From positions 1 to 64,000 of the forward strand of contig JAMDHS010000095.1 in the NCBI GenBank assembly GCA_029717555.1: a DNA stretch of 64,000 nt. Direction: 5' to 3'. How positions within the stretch are numbered: position 1 is the stretch's first letter; each line of letters starts with the position of its first letter. Source of the stretch: Peribolospora baueri. Its lineage: Eukaryota. The position numbers and the translations under genes were made by a program. This document shows positions 22,553 to 33,500 of the stretch, piece by piece. A model generated the notes under the pieces. It had not been told where the DNA came from and ran no database searches. It worked only from the letters and a program-made list of their open reading frames with translations.

Positions 22553-25197
22553 ATGGCTCGTAGCAAACCTCTCCCTTCCTCCTGCTCCCATTTCCCGGGC
22601 CACTCCCGCACCGCCGGCGCCCGCCTCAAGCGGACGGCTCGCACGGCCTCCTCTTCCTCTGCCCGTCCGCCCGTCGAAGTCATTGAGGTGCAGGATTCAG
22701 AACCGGAGCGTGGGGTGGAACGTGGGCTGGAGGAGGAGCGGAGATTGAGAGCGGCTGGAGGGAGACGCTCGGTAACTCGAACCAGCGAGCGCCGAAGGAG
22801 CCCATCGGAGGACCCGCCAAGGGGCGCACAAGCGAATCAAGGGGCAACCGACCACTTTGACGGAGCCGTTACCGGGTCACTTCTCACGTCCGACTCGAAT
22901 GATTCGCTTCCGGATCCGGCGCTGTCGTGCACGCCTATGGCCGACTCATCTTGGCTTGCGCCATCGGCAGTGACAGAACGCATGAGCTCGCCCAGTTCTC
23001 CACTCAGCTCGTCTCCAGTGGCTTCTATGCGTGTTGAGATGATTGACCTGTCCGCTTTCGCTTTTCAACCGTCACCGAGAAGGAATGGCGCTTCATCCGG
23101 TGCTACTGCTCGATTCGTTTCTGGTCACTCTGCCATGACCTGCCGGGAGACCAGTGCTGCGCCCGCGTCGCACTCTGCTGGCGAGGACGCCAATGTTGCG
23201 GTGTCTGGCAAGATGTGCGCCCACACCAATCCTGCGCCCTTTACGCCGGTCTCAGAGATCTCCCTGCGCCGACTATCATCCTGCGTTGTCTGCCAGACAG
23301 CCTGGACGACCCGCAAGACCGCCAAGAGCAAGTGGACTCACATGTCGCGTTGCGCAAAGGCGAAGGATTACAGTGAAGGGACGGTCAAGGTACTCGTGCA
23401 AAAGCAGTTGGAGCGGGAGGAGGTGGAACGCGTTCTCAGCCGGAGGAAGGAGGAGGATGGGCGGACGCTTTTTGAGCGTATCGCCGGGGTCAGCGAGACG
23501 AAACGGTCGACGGGAACGCAGAGACGCGGCGGAAGAGCGGCACAGATGTTAACAACAGTCAGGGCACATGCAGAGACGAGAGATGCGATTCAAGCTCGTG
23601 CAAGTAGTCTCCTCGAGGCAGATGTCCGGCGACAGGAGGAGATCGAGGAGAACGACCCTCCGCCTGCTACGCAAGCTTTCGGGGCCAGCAAGCTCGCCAG
23701 CCGGTTGCAGAATAGGAGAGGTCATGGTAGGGGCATTCTGGCTTCCCTTGATGCGGAGAGCAACTCTTTGTGGACAGGAGCCAGAGGCTCTATGCCGCAT
23801 AGAGTCGATGCGGCAGGCGATACGAAGAGTGAATGCCGTGCGGCGTCGTCGGCGCAGGTAGACAGAGAACAGCGTCGAAGCTTGTGGGAGCTCTCAGCGG
23901 GCAGCGTTCTCTCTCAAGATCTACCAGGTCTGGTGAGCCAATCCGGTCATCTTTTCCTCCGCTTGCCACTATTGATTCACACGTCAGATCTTGACCGGCT
24001 TGTGAGCGGCAGCGTCGTAGGGTCTGCTGACATACTCTGCAGCCTTCCTTCTTCCCCTCTTCCAAATCCAATTTGCATCTCGGTAAACGCTCGCCCTCGT
24101 CGTCGTCGGCACTGGTACCTCCTTCGGCGCCTTCCTCTGCGTGCGTCACTAGCTCAAGAACAGAAGGCCCGAAGAATACGAGTTCGAAGAAGATCGATTG
24201 TCAGCCTGGGACTGAATTCCACCGGTCATCGGCGAAGAAGATTGCGACTGATGAACAGGGGTCAACACTAGTTGATAGAGAGGAGATGCCGAAGTACGAG
24301 GAGTGGGATACGAAACGACTACAGGTGAACCCGACCTTCCACTAGCTCGCTCTCGGAACCTTCGCATGACTGAACGGATCCTTTATCCACGCCTTCAGAC
24401 AGAGGTCGCCAAATATGGCTTCCGCAATACGACAGTGCGAATGACGCTGATCCGACAGCTCGTTCAAGTGTGGACGGCTCTCCATGCCGACAAAGGTCAG
24501 GTGTCATCTCCGGGCTCCGACAAGGCCCGTGTGATGGCTTCTACTCGACGAAGTCAGCCCTGTTTAGAAAACGATGATAAGACAACGTCACCCCGAGGAG
24601 CGGCCAGAAAGCCCAGCGAAGGACGGGAACAATCGAAATCTCCTAAGTCTCCTTCAAGTCGAAAACGTCGATCCATGTCGAGAGTGCCTAGCGTGATCGA
24701 CCTCGGCTCTTCAAGCTCTTCTGTTTCGGATGATGCGGACGAGGGCGACCTCGTTGAGGACGGCGCTTCAAGCGGGTTGGGCACGGACGGAGACGACGTT
24801 GTGGGCGACCGGGAAGAGGAGATGGAGGAAGGTGTAGAAGCGCCCTCCGTTGAGGAAGGCGTGGGTCGGCAGCTGAGGAACGCTGTTCTTGCAAACAAAG
24901 AACTTTATCTCCGCATCTTGCGATACGAGGTGGGCGATCGTGCTCGCGCGTCTACGCCCAACAGGTGGTCCTCCTTATATCAAACGAAAGACTATATCCG
25001 CTGACAACCTTGACCCCGCTCTTCATCTCCTACATCATTCGGTGACACGCTAGCCCATCCCCTTCGACGAGGTCCTTTCCGTTGCTCACCGTCACGGCAT
25101 CAAAATCGGACGCCGCCGGCTGCGCGATTTCTTGGATTTGCAGTGCATCACGTTCTTCACTCAAGAGTTGACAGGTCAGAGGTCTCGATATAAATAG
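22553..25197 (+). CDS. SLX4: Structure-specific endonuclease subunit Slx4
   Basis: Has a Zn-finger-like CVVC...HMSRC, a SAP-like MPKYEEWDTKRLQ|TEVAKYGFR...LIRQLVQVW, and the C-terminal Slx1-binding domain LYLRILRYE|PIPFDE...LRDFLDLQCITFF. TAG at 25195-25197. Confidence 0.88.
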
Positions 25198-25550
25198 CGA
25201 GGGAGGGAGGCGAGGCGGCTTGTGTAGGTCTAGTGGACGGTATGCGGGGGCCTGTCCCGGCCATATACCTTCGAGGATGACGTGTGTGCTTGGTTAACAT
25301 TATTCGGATGGTATGCGCATGGTGTCCCCTTTGCATTCTCGCCTCTCCGTCCATGTGCTCGACAACGTTGCGTCGGAAAAGCGCTTGTACGACCAGCTAA
25401 CCTGGCGCGATGTGAGTAAGGATTGAAGACAGAAGAACATAGTTTACAGGCGAGTGTGTTCAACAAAGTGGCAAGAAGGATGTCGCCTAGAAGAGACCCA
25501 GTGCTTCGCGGCGGAGAGAAGCGGGATGTTGAGTTTGATCACGTCGGCTC

Positions 25551-25981
25551 TCATGATGACTTTGGTGGGCTATTCAACGCCGCCTTCTTTTCTACCTCCT
25601 CTCTCTTCTCATCCTCAATGCTCTTCAACCCCTTAACCTGCTCATCCGTGGGCGCGCCCAGATCCCCGAAATCGTCTTGCCTGACCTTACTGATGCTGTA
25701 GAAATATGTTCCCGTGACAAAGGCCATCAGAGCCGTCCCAGTCAAGATGTTCCGCACCAGGAAGGGTCGGCGGGCCCTTCGCAGGCCTTCGGAGACGCCG
25801 TAGCCGCCTGGGTGGTAAGAGGAGTGCCAGGAGGGGGCGAGGGTCGGATGCTGCGAGCCAAGCGAGAAAGGCCACAGAAGAGAAAGTGTGGCGCTCAGCG
25901 AAGACAGTTCGGGTTTGGACTCTCATACTACCAGAGCTACAAAGAGAAGAGGCAAAACGTCCTGCTCACTGTTCTGAACAT
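25551..25981 (-). CDS. COA3: Cytochrome c oxidase assembly factor 3 (Coa3/CCDC56)
   Basis: SYHPGGYGVSEGLRRARRPFLVRNILTG...(TM)...YFYSISKVRQDDFGDL matches the Coa3 pattern (LxRARxPFxxxN, TM, Y.YS...V.QDDF). First exon is ATG TTC AGA ACA|GTGAGC at 25981. Confidence 0.85.
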
Positions 25982-26349
25982 GGTTTTGGACGGGTCGAAC
26001 TGGTTAGGACGTCGCACAAGCGCTTCTCCAAATTTCAGATTTTATGTCGGGCGGGTGGGAGATCGGAAGTCGGCGACGGGCGGCGGCGAGCCGGTACTTT
26101 CGACTTGCCGCAGCACGTCGCGACGCGTGCGAGCGTGGAAATGGAAATGGGCATGGACTGCGTTCGTTTGCTAAGCGACCACTCTCTACAGTGTTCGTCC
26201 CTGCGCAAGGGTTGGACTTTGTCACGTTCGACCCCTGCTTTCCGTCACAACAGGCAGCTCTCCTTCGGCCAAGTACAAGGACGCAGAGCACCTCAGGGAG
26301 GACAAACGCAGGCCGGTTACAAGCTGGTTAGACCGCCGAAGCTTGCCGC

Positions 26350-28195
26350 ATGACAGGCGCATCCTCGTCAAAGACAGGAAAGGAGCGAGCGCTAGACGGG
26401 GAGGACATGGAGGAGGAGGAAGTGGAGCAGGCGGAAGGTGTGGACTTGGACAACGTGGAGGAGGAGGGTGTAGGGAACAACCTCCATCAGGACCCCGGTC
26501 AGGGCTCGGCGGCGAACGATGAGGCCAGCAAGGTGTACGATCCGAACCAGGATCCCACAGAGAAAAGGGAGGTTAGGAAGGCGTATCGAGGGCTTATCAA
26601 TGCTATGGAAGGTAGGTCGTCCGTAATGAGCGTATCTCGCACTTGATGAGAGAGGACGGGTCCGAAATGATACGAATGTACTGTCCTTTTCCATAGATGC
26701 GCGCACCGACTTGGGGAACATCACCGCCGACCAGCTAGCGCAACACCTAGCAAAAGCCGACAAGCTATATGACAAAGGTGGGCTTCTTACCCGCATAAGG
26801 AACCTGCGAAGGACGATGCCGTTGGTGTCGTTTCGGTGTGCTCATGCACTCGCGGCTTTCCGCCGTTCTTCCCGTACGTGCAACTCCAGTCAAGGCCGTA
26901 CAAGAGGCGACGCTCGACTCGCGTTTCCTCATTCTTTCCTCCGATCTCTCCGCGCTCAAAGCACATCAGATGAAGGTGGACGCGGATCACTTTGATGTGG
27001 ACGAGTACATTGTCAAGCTCGCCTCCGTCATGGGCGGAGAGCAGCTTATGGGATCGATGAGCACTGATGACGGGGAGGAGGATGTGGAGGAGAGACACTT
27101 CGATTGGGACGCAGTAGGAAGGATTGCGGTGAAGCACACAAAAAGAGCGCCGACGATGGACTTTCTGTGAGTTGAGCTGTTATGGTCCGCCGTGACGGAT
27201 GTCATGCGCGTTCGAATAGTGTGTGTGATGTACGTCCGGGTGAGTTTTTAACTGACTGGCTGCTCGATTTTTCCCTGTGTCTCTTCATGTCCTCTTCATC
27301 CAATGTCAGGCTTGGTCCATTGGCTGTCGAGTTGAAGAAGCGCAAATTGGGAAAACGCGCTCAGTTGGAGAAGGACAAAGCGAGCGAGGTCAGGCCGCAA
27401 GAGGTATGTTTCGCGGCTGTAATGTTTCCCTCCCATATGTCCAATATCGCCGACCCTTTGCGATACCTACCTGCGATTGGTCTTCATTACCAGCTCAACG
27501 AAGCGGACATTACACGCAGCGAGAACGAAACGACAAAGACCGTGATGGAAATCGCAGACATCCTTGAAGAGAAGGGCGGCGTCAATGGAGTCAACTTTTT
27601 CCGCTTTGTCATCAACCCGCACAGCTATAGTAACACCATCGAGAATATATTTTATGTTAGTTTCCTCATCCGCGACGGGAAGGTCTCGTTGGATGAGGAT
27701 GAGGAGGGGGACCCTATTCTAGGTGAGTCGCAGCAGGTCAACTGCTTGACGTGCGAGTGACGGTCTGAACTGTCATTTCCTTCGCTGACCATTCCCAACT
27801 CAACGATTGTCGTCGCATTTTGCGAACTAGTCCGAACAGAGGCGCCAGACGAGAACGATTACGCGCAGGGTCTAAGGAAGCGCCAGATCATCATGGAGAT
27901 CGACATGGACACCTACCATGTGCGTTCTATGCGTATGTTTTTGTCGTCGCTAACTGGAACGCGCCCGGTCATACTCTGCCCAAGGTTGAATGACCATGTT
28001 GCCTGACGTTAGAGAATGCTAACCCACAGCTCATTCTTCCTCTTCGCTGTGTTCTTTCCGGTTCAAACTCGCGCTGGTAATTTGCGCCACAACCGAGAAC
28101 AGCAAGTCATAAACGCATACGACATCCGCGATACGATGATCCCCACACGGGAACCGTATCAGCACGCCAACATCAACGGCAGATGGTATGGATAG
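26350..28195 (+). CDS. NSE4: Smc5/6 complex kleisin subunit Nse4 (Nse4/EID family)
   Basis: Contains [52 protein letters not shown] and [29 protein letters not shown]. The last exon [16 protein letters not shown]...WYG* ends at 28195. Confidence 0.92.
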
Positions 28196-28445
28196 TCGGT
28201 CAATGACCCAAAACATTTCCCTTCACTATCGTCGCTCCATTCTTTTAGCCATCGTGGTTTCCGGCCTTTACGCTGCTCTTTCTGCTCTCCCTGCATTTCT
28301 CACGATGCCTGCACACTTGTACCAGTACTTGACTGTAATTTCAGCGTGGCGTATGTCGTGTTGCTTCGTCCCCGTCAGCTCGCCCGAATCGAGAATTGAG
28401 TGCCTATGCTTCGACAGCCGGAGTGGTCCGTGCAACGCGAATTCA

Positions 28446-28510
28446 TAACCCTAATCAAGAAAACTGCCCAGTTTTAGAATATGCTGCGCCGCGGCCAAAA
28501 TTCCCACGTG
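28446..28510 (+). promoter_or_regulatory. Telo-box (TAACCCTAA) plus E-box (CACGTG) upstream of RPS8
   Basis: TAACCCTAA at 28446-28454 and CACGTG at 28505-28510 lie 115-180 nt upstream of the RPS8 ATG. Confidence 0.4.
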
Positions 28511-28624
28511 TTGGTCTTCCCTGCTCCGGCGAGTACTGGCCGCCGATGTTTGGCTTGCGACCGACCTTCGATCCGTCACCCTCAAGACTCCAGCAAGTCT
28601 AGGCCATCGGTCACTCCCTTCAAG

Positions 28625-29843
28625 ATGGGTGAGTTTGTAGTATTTTCGATGATTGGGCTGTTGGAGTGGATACGATGTCGGGAAAGTCGACCAGAGTCGG
28701 TCGTCTTTTCGGCTGATTGGAACTGGGCTCGACGTTGAAGGGCGGTGTCCAGAAGATCGATACCGTCCATGTCTTCCCGTCTCTACAACTTTGTTCTCTG
28801 ACTTCATTCGCATCGCCTCTACCCATTTCTGTGTCAATCCTCAGGTATCACTCGTGACAGCAGGCACAAGCGTAGCCACACCGGTGCCAAGCGCGCCTTC
28901 TACCGTAAGAAGAGAAAGTTCGAGCTCGGTCGCCAGCCGGCCAACACTCGTATCGGCCCCAAGAGGATCCACACCGTTCGCGTTCGCGGTGGTAACCTCA
29001 AGTACCGTGCGCTCAGGCTTGACAGGTAAGTTTTTTTATGCTCATGATGCATGGTCGCACAAAAGATCTTGTTACCAAGGCGTTGGGGCGGACGGCGTCG
29101 TCGTGATTGAGTTGGGCAAGTGCGCCGGGTGGTACTACTTCTGGGTGGAATTGGGTTTGCAACGAGGAGATAAAAGGTGTTCGGACTGCCGGCTCACGAC
29201 AATGTTTGTTGTCACACAGCGGCAACTTCGCCTGGGGCTCCGAGCACATCACCCGTAAGACGCGTATTCTCGGTGTCGTCTTCAACGCCTCCAACAACGA
29301 GCTTGTCCGCACCAACACCCTCGTCAAGAGCGCCATCATCCAGATCGACGCTACCCCCTTCCGTCAGGCCTATGAGAAGCACTACGGCCAGACCATTGCT
29401 ACCAAGAAGGGTGGTGCCAAGGTTGCTTCCGAGGCCACTACCGACGAGAGCAAGCAGTCGAAGCACGTCATTCGCAAGCTCGATGAGAGGAGGAAGGCCG
29501 CCAAGCTCGACCCTGTGAGCTGTTCACTCTTAGGCCCTTCACATATTAGTGGCCGTTCGACTTGCCCTCGCTGACATGACCATCTTGCCCTTGCCTCCTA
29601 CAGATCCTTGAGCAGCAGTTCGGTGCGGGTCGCTTGTATGCGGCCATCTCCTCCCGGCCCGGTCAGTCTGGCCGTGCTGACGGCTACGTGCTCGAGGGCA
29701 AGGAGCTCGAGCACTACCTCAGGCGTCTGAGGGCCTCCAAGGCGTCGAAGTAAGCTTCGTCTCCATCTGCTATTTCACGTTCTTGGTTTCTGTTGTTCAC
29801 AAAACTGACAATCATCTCACACTCGCTCTATAGGCACGGTTAA
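28625..29843 (+). CDS. RPS8: 40S ribosomal protein S8 (eS8), 5 exons
   Basis: ATG G|GTGAGT, then [38 protein letters not shown]...[24 protein letters not shown]...[15 protein letters not shown]...[20 protein letters not shown]. Codons are strongly biased. Confidence 0.98.
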
Positions 29844-30515
29844 GCGCCTCGCTTCGTCCCTGTCGGCACTTCTGCTTTTCCTCTCCCATCTCGGTCCACT
29901 TCGGCACATCACCACCTATGCTTCTTTCCGACGTGACAATATCAAAAGAAGTCTCGCGCATTCTTCGCGCTGTGTAGCTAGGCACCATATGCCAACCCGC
30001 TTTTGACTCTCACCTACATGTGCCTCTCGACAGGCAGTGTGCTCACTTGGAAAACTAGGATGATGTTTTGAGAGGAGCGGAAAAGCAGGAAGAGGATACG
30101 AAGGATGCGCACTGTGATCGCCTTCCAATCTCCGATATAAATTGAACGGAGAAATCATCAAATTGCCACGGACAGCTAGCGGAGGGAGAACGAATACGTA
30201 GTTGAGGTATACACGTAGCCTACCGAGAGAAAAAACCGAAGCGTCAGAGAACGAAATCCAGTGCGAAAAGAGGTGGGAATCAAAAGGCCCGCAGAACTGC
30301 GATGAATAGGGAAGTAGGAGGATGCGGGAGATGGCCATGAATGTATGGCGAGTCAAGTCCCAGAAGAGAGAACGAGTGGACAGGGTACAGATAGGAATGC
30401 ACGAGCAAAGAGAAGACCACGGGGGTACCAAGCCAAAATCGGCCAACTATGGCAGGCGGGCAGAAAGAAGAACGGGAGAGATAGACAATGAAAGCGTTGG
30501 GACCTGGCATTACGC

Positions 30516-33500
30516 TCAATTCCTCTTTCGTCTGAGGCTCATCCCGCTCGTGATGCGTCCGAGACGGCCGTCCATGAGCGATTTCGAGCTGCTCCAGAAG
30601 CTCGGAGCGCGAGAAGAAGCGCGGTCGTCGATGGAGCCCTCGTACCGCGTTGATGGCGCGTGGAGCGTGGCCGAGGGCGTCCCTCCACCCAACGACCCGG
30701 GACCCGCGTTGGTTGTCTGAGGCTCGGCATCGGCAAGGGTGGAGATGGAAGTGGAGGCAGAGAGGCCCGGGGCGGTGCCGTACATGGTTTGACGGGTGAG
30801 GTAGGCCAAGTGACGCTGCAGCGGCGACTGAATTGACGGTGACCCAAACACGCCATCCGCCGACGTCATCGTGAGCCGGTTCGAAGCGTCCACGCTATAA
30901 AGCGACGCGCCTTCGCTCATTCGGACGGGTCTGTTGGGTGTGCTGCCGTTCGGTGCTGTCGTAGCCGTTGTCGCCGCCGCCGTCGCCGTCGCACCCGTCC
31001 CGGCCGTGCCGAGCGATGCCGTCCGATCCAAGCTGCTGGCACCGTCCACAGAACCACTGTTCGTTGACTGCCTGGGCAGACCAGGGCTCGACGGAGGTTG
31101 ACTAGTAGAATCGTCCAGTGAGAGCCGCTTGATCTCTTCCGCAAAGTTCATCCGGAAGACTGCGTCAGAGAAAGGAGAAAGGACAGTGAATCGCATCACT
31201 GGTCAGTTGGAGGGCACAGTGCGCATTCAACAATAAAGTTGCCAAGCGATACTCACAGCGTTCCAACGTGTCATGGAACGGTCGCATTTCAGCAGGACAG
31301 AGCTTGGCATGAAGCTTGATACACCGATCGATGACGCGCACTTGAGCGTCGATTGCGTCGCGAAGGTTCTGGATCAAGCCAACCTTGTCGGGGTTGCTGG
31401 ATACGAAGTCCGTGGAGAAGAACGCTCTCTTGTACATCCTGCGACAGCGGTGAAAGAGAGCAATGGTTGACTATTGACCGAAAGGTATGCGCTTCGCCCG
31501 CCACCTTTCATACTTACGGGATGCCTCCATTTACCGGCGCGTCAACGGCTCCATTGAGAGCCATGGAGAGCCGGGTGGTGTTGATCTTGCTGGGAGCGCT
31601 GACATACTCGAGGTTCGAGTACTTGGCCTCGAGAGCTTGCAGTTCTTCCCGTTTGGCCTCCACGTCGTTAAGGGCGTTCTCCAGCGGCGAGATCTCGAGA
31701 ATCTCGACCTGTGCAACCTCGCTCCTGCGAAGCACCGTCGGAAAGGCATCTTCACAGCGCAAAATCGTCTTCTCCACCCAAAGGGTAGCGAACTCCGACT
31801 CAGCTGATCGCATCGGTGTCTCGTTAGCCTTGGGTAACGGTCTGGTGAAGGTGAACGTGTTGGTCGCGTTGTGCTCGTAGTAACTTCGCACTGAGGGCGG
31901 CACCTCGGGATTGCTGAACATCGGGTTCGCCTTATTTGGCTCGGGTGACACAGCGGTGACCTGGATGAACTGCTGGTTCGCGAATCGGACGTCCTCCCCT
32001 GGCATGTTGCTGCTTTTGATGAGAATGGCTTTGGGATGCTTCGCCAGCAACCGCTCACAGAAACCAGCGTACTTCTCCAGCTCGAAACCGCGATAGACGA
32101 ACATCTTGTTCTGCAACGGTCCGGGCCAACCCAGACCGAAGTAGCCCACTCGGAAATAAGACGGAAAGTATCGCTCTATTGTGACAATCTTCTCATAAAG
32201 CGAGGCTTGATGGACGAGCACCTCCGAGAGTCGTTGGTAGTTGACCGATTTGGTTTCGTACTGCACCATGAGCTCCTTGCATATATCGACGGAAATCTCC
32301 CAAGCCGAGCCCTTGCCGAGGTAATCCAGGATGAGCATGTACAACGTCTCTTTCCGGGCGAATTCGGATTGTCGAGGCAGGTCGAGGTCCTCGATTGGTT
32401 CGACGAAGGAATTGAGGTCCCATGAATGCAGATCAGCATGCAGCTTGAGCGTAAGTGCGGCTTCAGTGTAGTTCCGGTTTTCCAGATGCAACTGTATGAG
32501 GATGGCGAAAGAAAGGGTACGACGTAAGCCGCGACGCAACACAAACGATATATGGCAAAAGTTCACTCACATTGACGAGCCTCAAGACATGCGTCGAGAA
32601 GACGGAAACCCGATTGGCCTGACGCAAAAAGCCGAGAAGCTTGAGAGTACCGGCGACCCGATCGTCCTCGTACCCCTCCTCCAACGGCAGACTTCGAACA
32701 CTAAGCAAGAGGTCGAGGAAACGGTTCACCGACACGAGACAGGCGTGCACCTGCTCGCGCAAATTAGGGTCCACCTGCGGGGAGTCAAAGAGAGCCCGGA
32801 GTTGACCGATGAAGAAGGCGCGAGAAATCTCGTCGCCCTTGGTGTCGGTGATAAACAGCACATCGAGGCGATCGATAATCTCCGCCTCTATAGCTCTGAA
32901 GTTGCCGTTAAGATGCCACTCGGACGTGATCATCGTGGCCAGCACCTGGACTGCTACGCTTCGAAGGGCGTCGTGGTGCGAGAGACACAGCTCCAAGACA
33001 AGCTCGACGAGCGTGGGCACAAACTGTACCTGGTAGCCACCCGTGTTAAGCCTCGCCGGCTCGTCTTCCTTCTGTGCCTCGGGCCATCCGATCGCGTTCC
33101 ACAACGTCGCGAAAATGCCCGCACCTTCGCCACGAATGTCACCGGCAAGACGCCAGACCGCTCGTCGTCTCTGAGGCTTGAACTCTTCAATGACCAGTTG
33201 GTCGCTCGCCAATAGGTGGAGGAGCATTTCGAGGCCATGGCGCCAGAGCGTGGTGTCAAATGTGTACGAGAGGTTCTGGTCGGGGATGAACTCGCGGACT
33301 AGGAGAGCGCCAATAGGCTCGGCCATCTTGAGGGTCATCTTGTGAGCCAAGATATTGATGTTAAGCCAGCTGCTGGGGTACGCCTCGTTGGAGAGGATAG
33401 CCTTCATGACCTGGAAATAGTTGGTGAGGAACTGTGCCAAGTGTGCCTTGCCCTCGATGTCCATCTGCTCGTCCAGGAAACCGGCAAGGTGCTTTCGTGG

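Noticed and set aside
28629..29219. Possible intronic box C/D snoRNAs in RPS8 introns
   Set aside because: Only degenerate box C (ATGATT, ATGATGC). Intron 2 lacks CTGA, and I recognised no terminal stem or rRNA-complementary guide.
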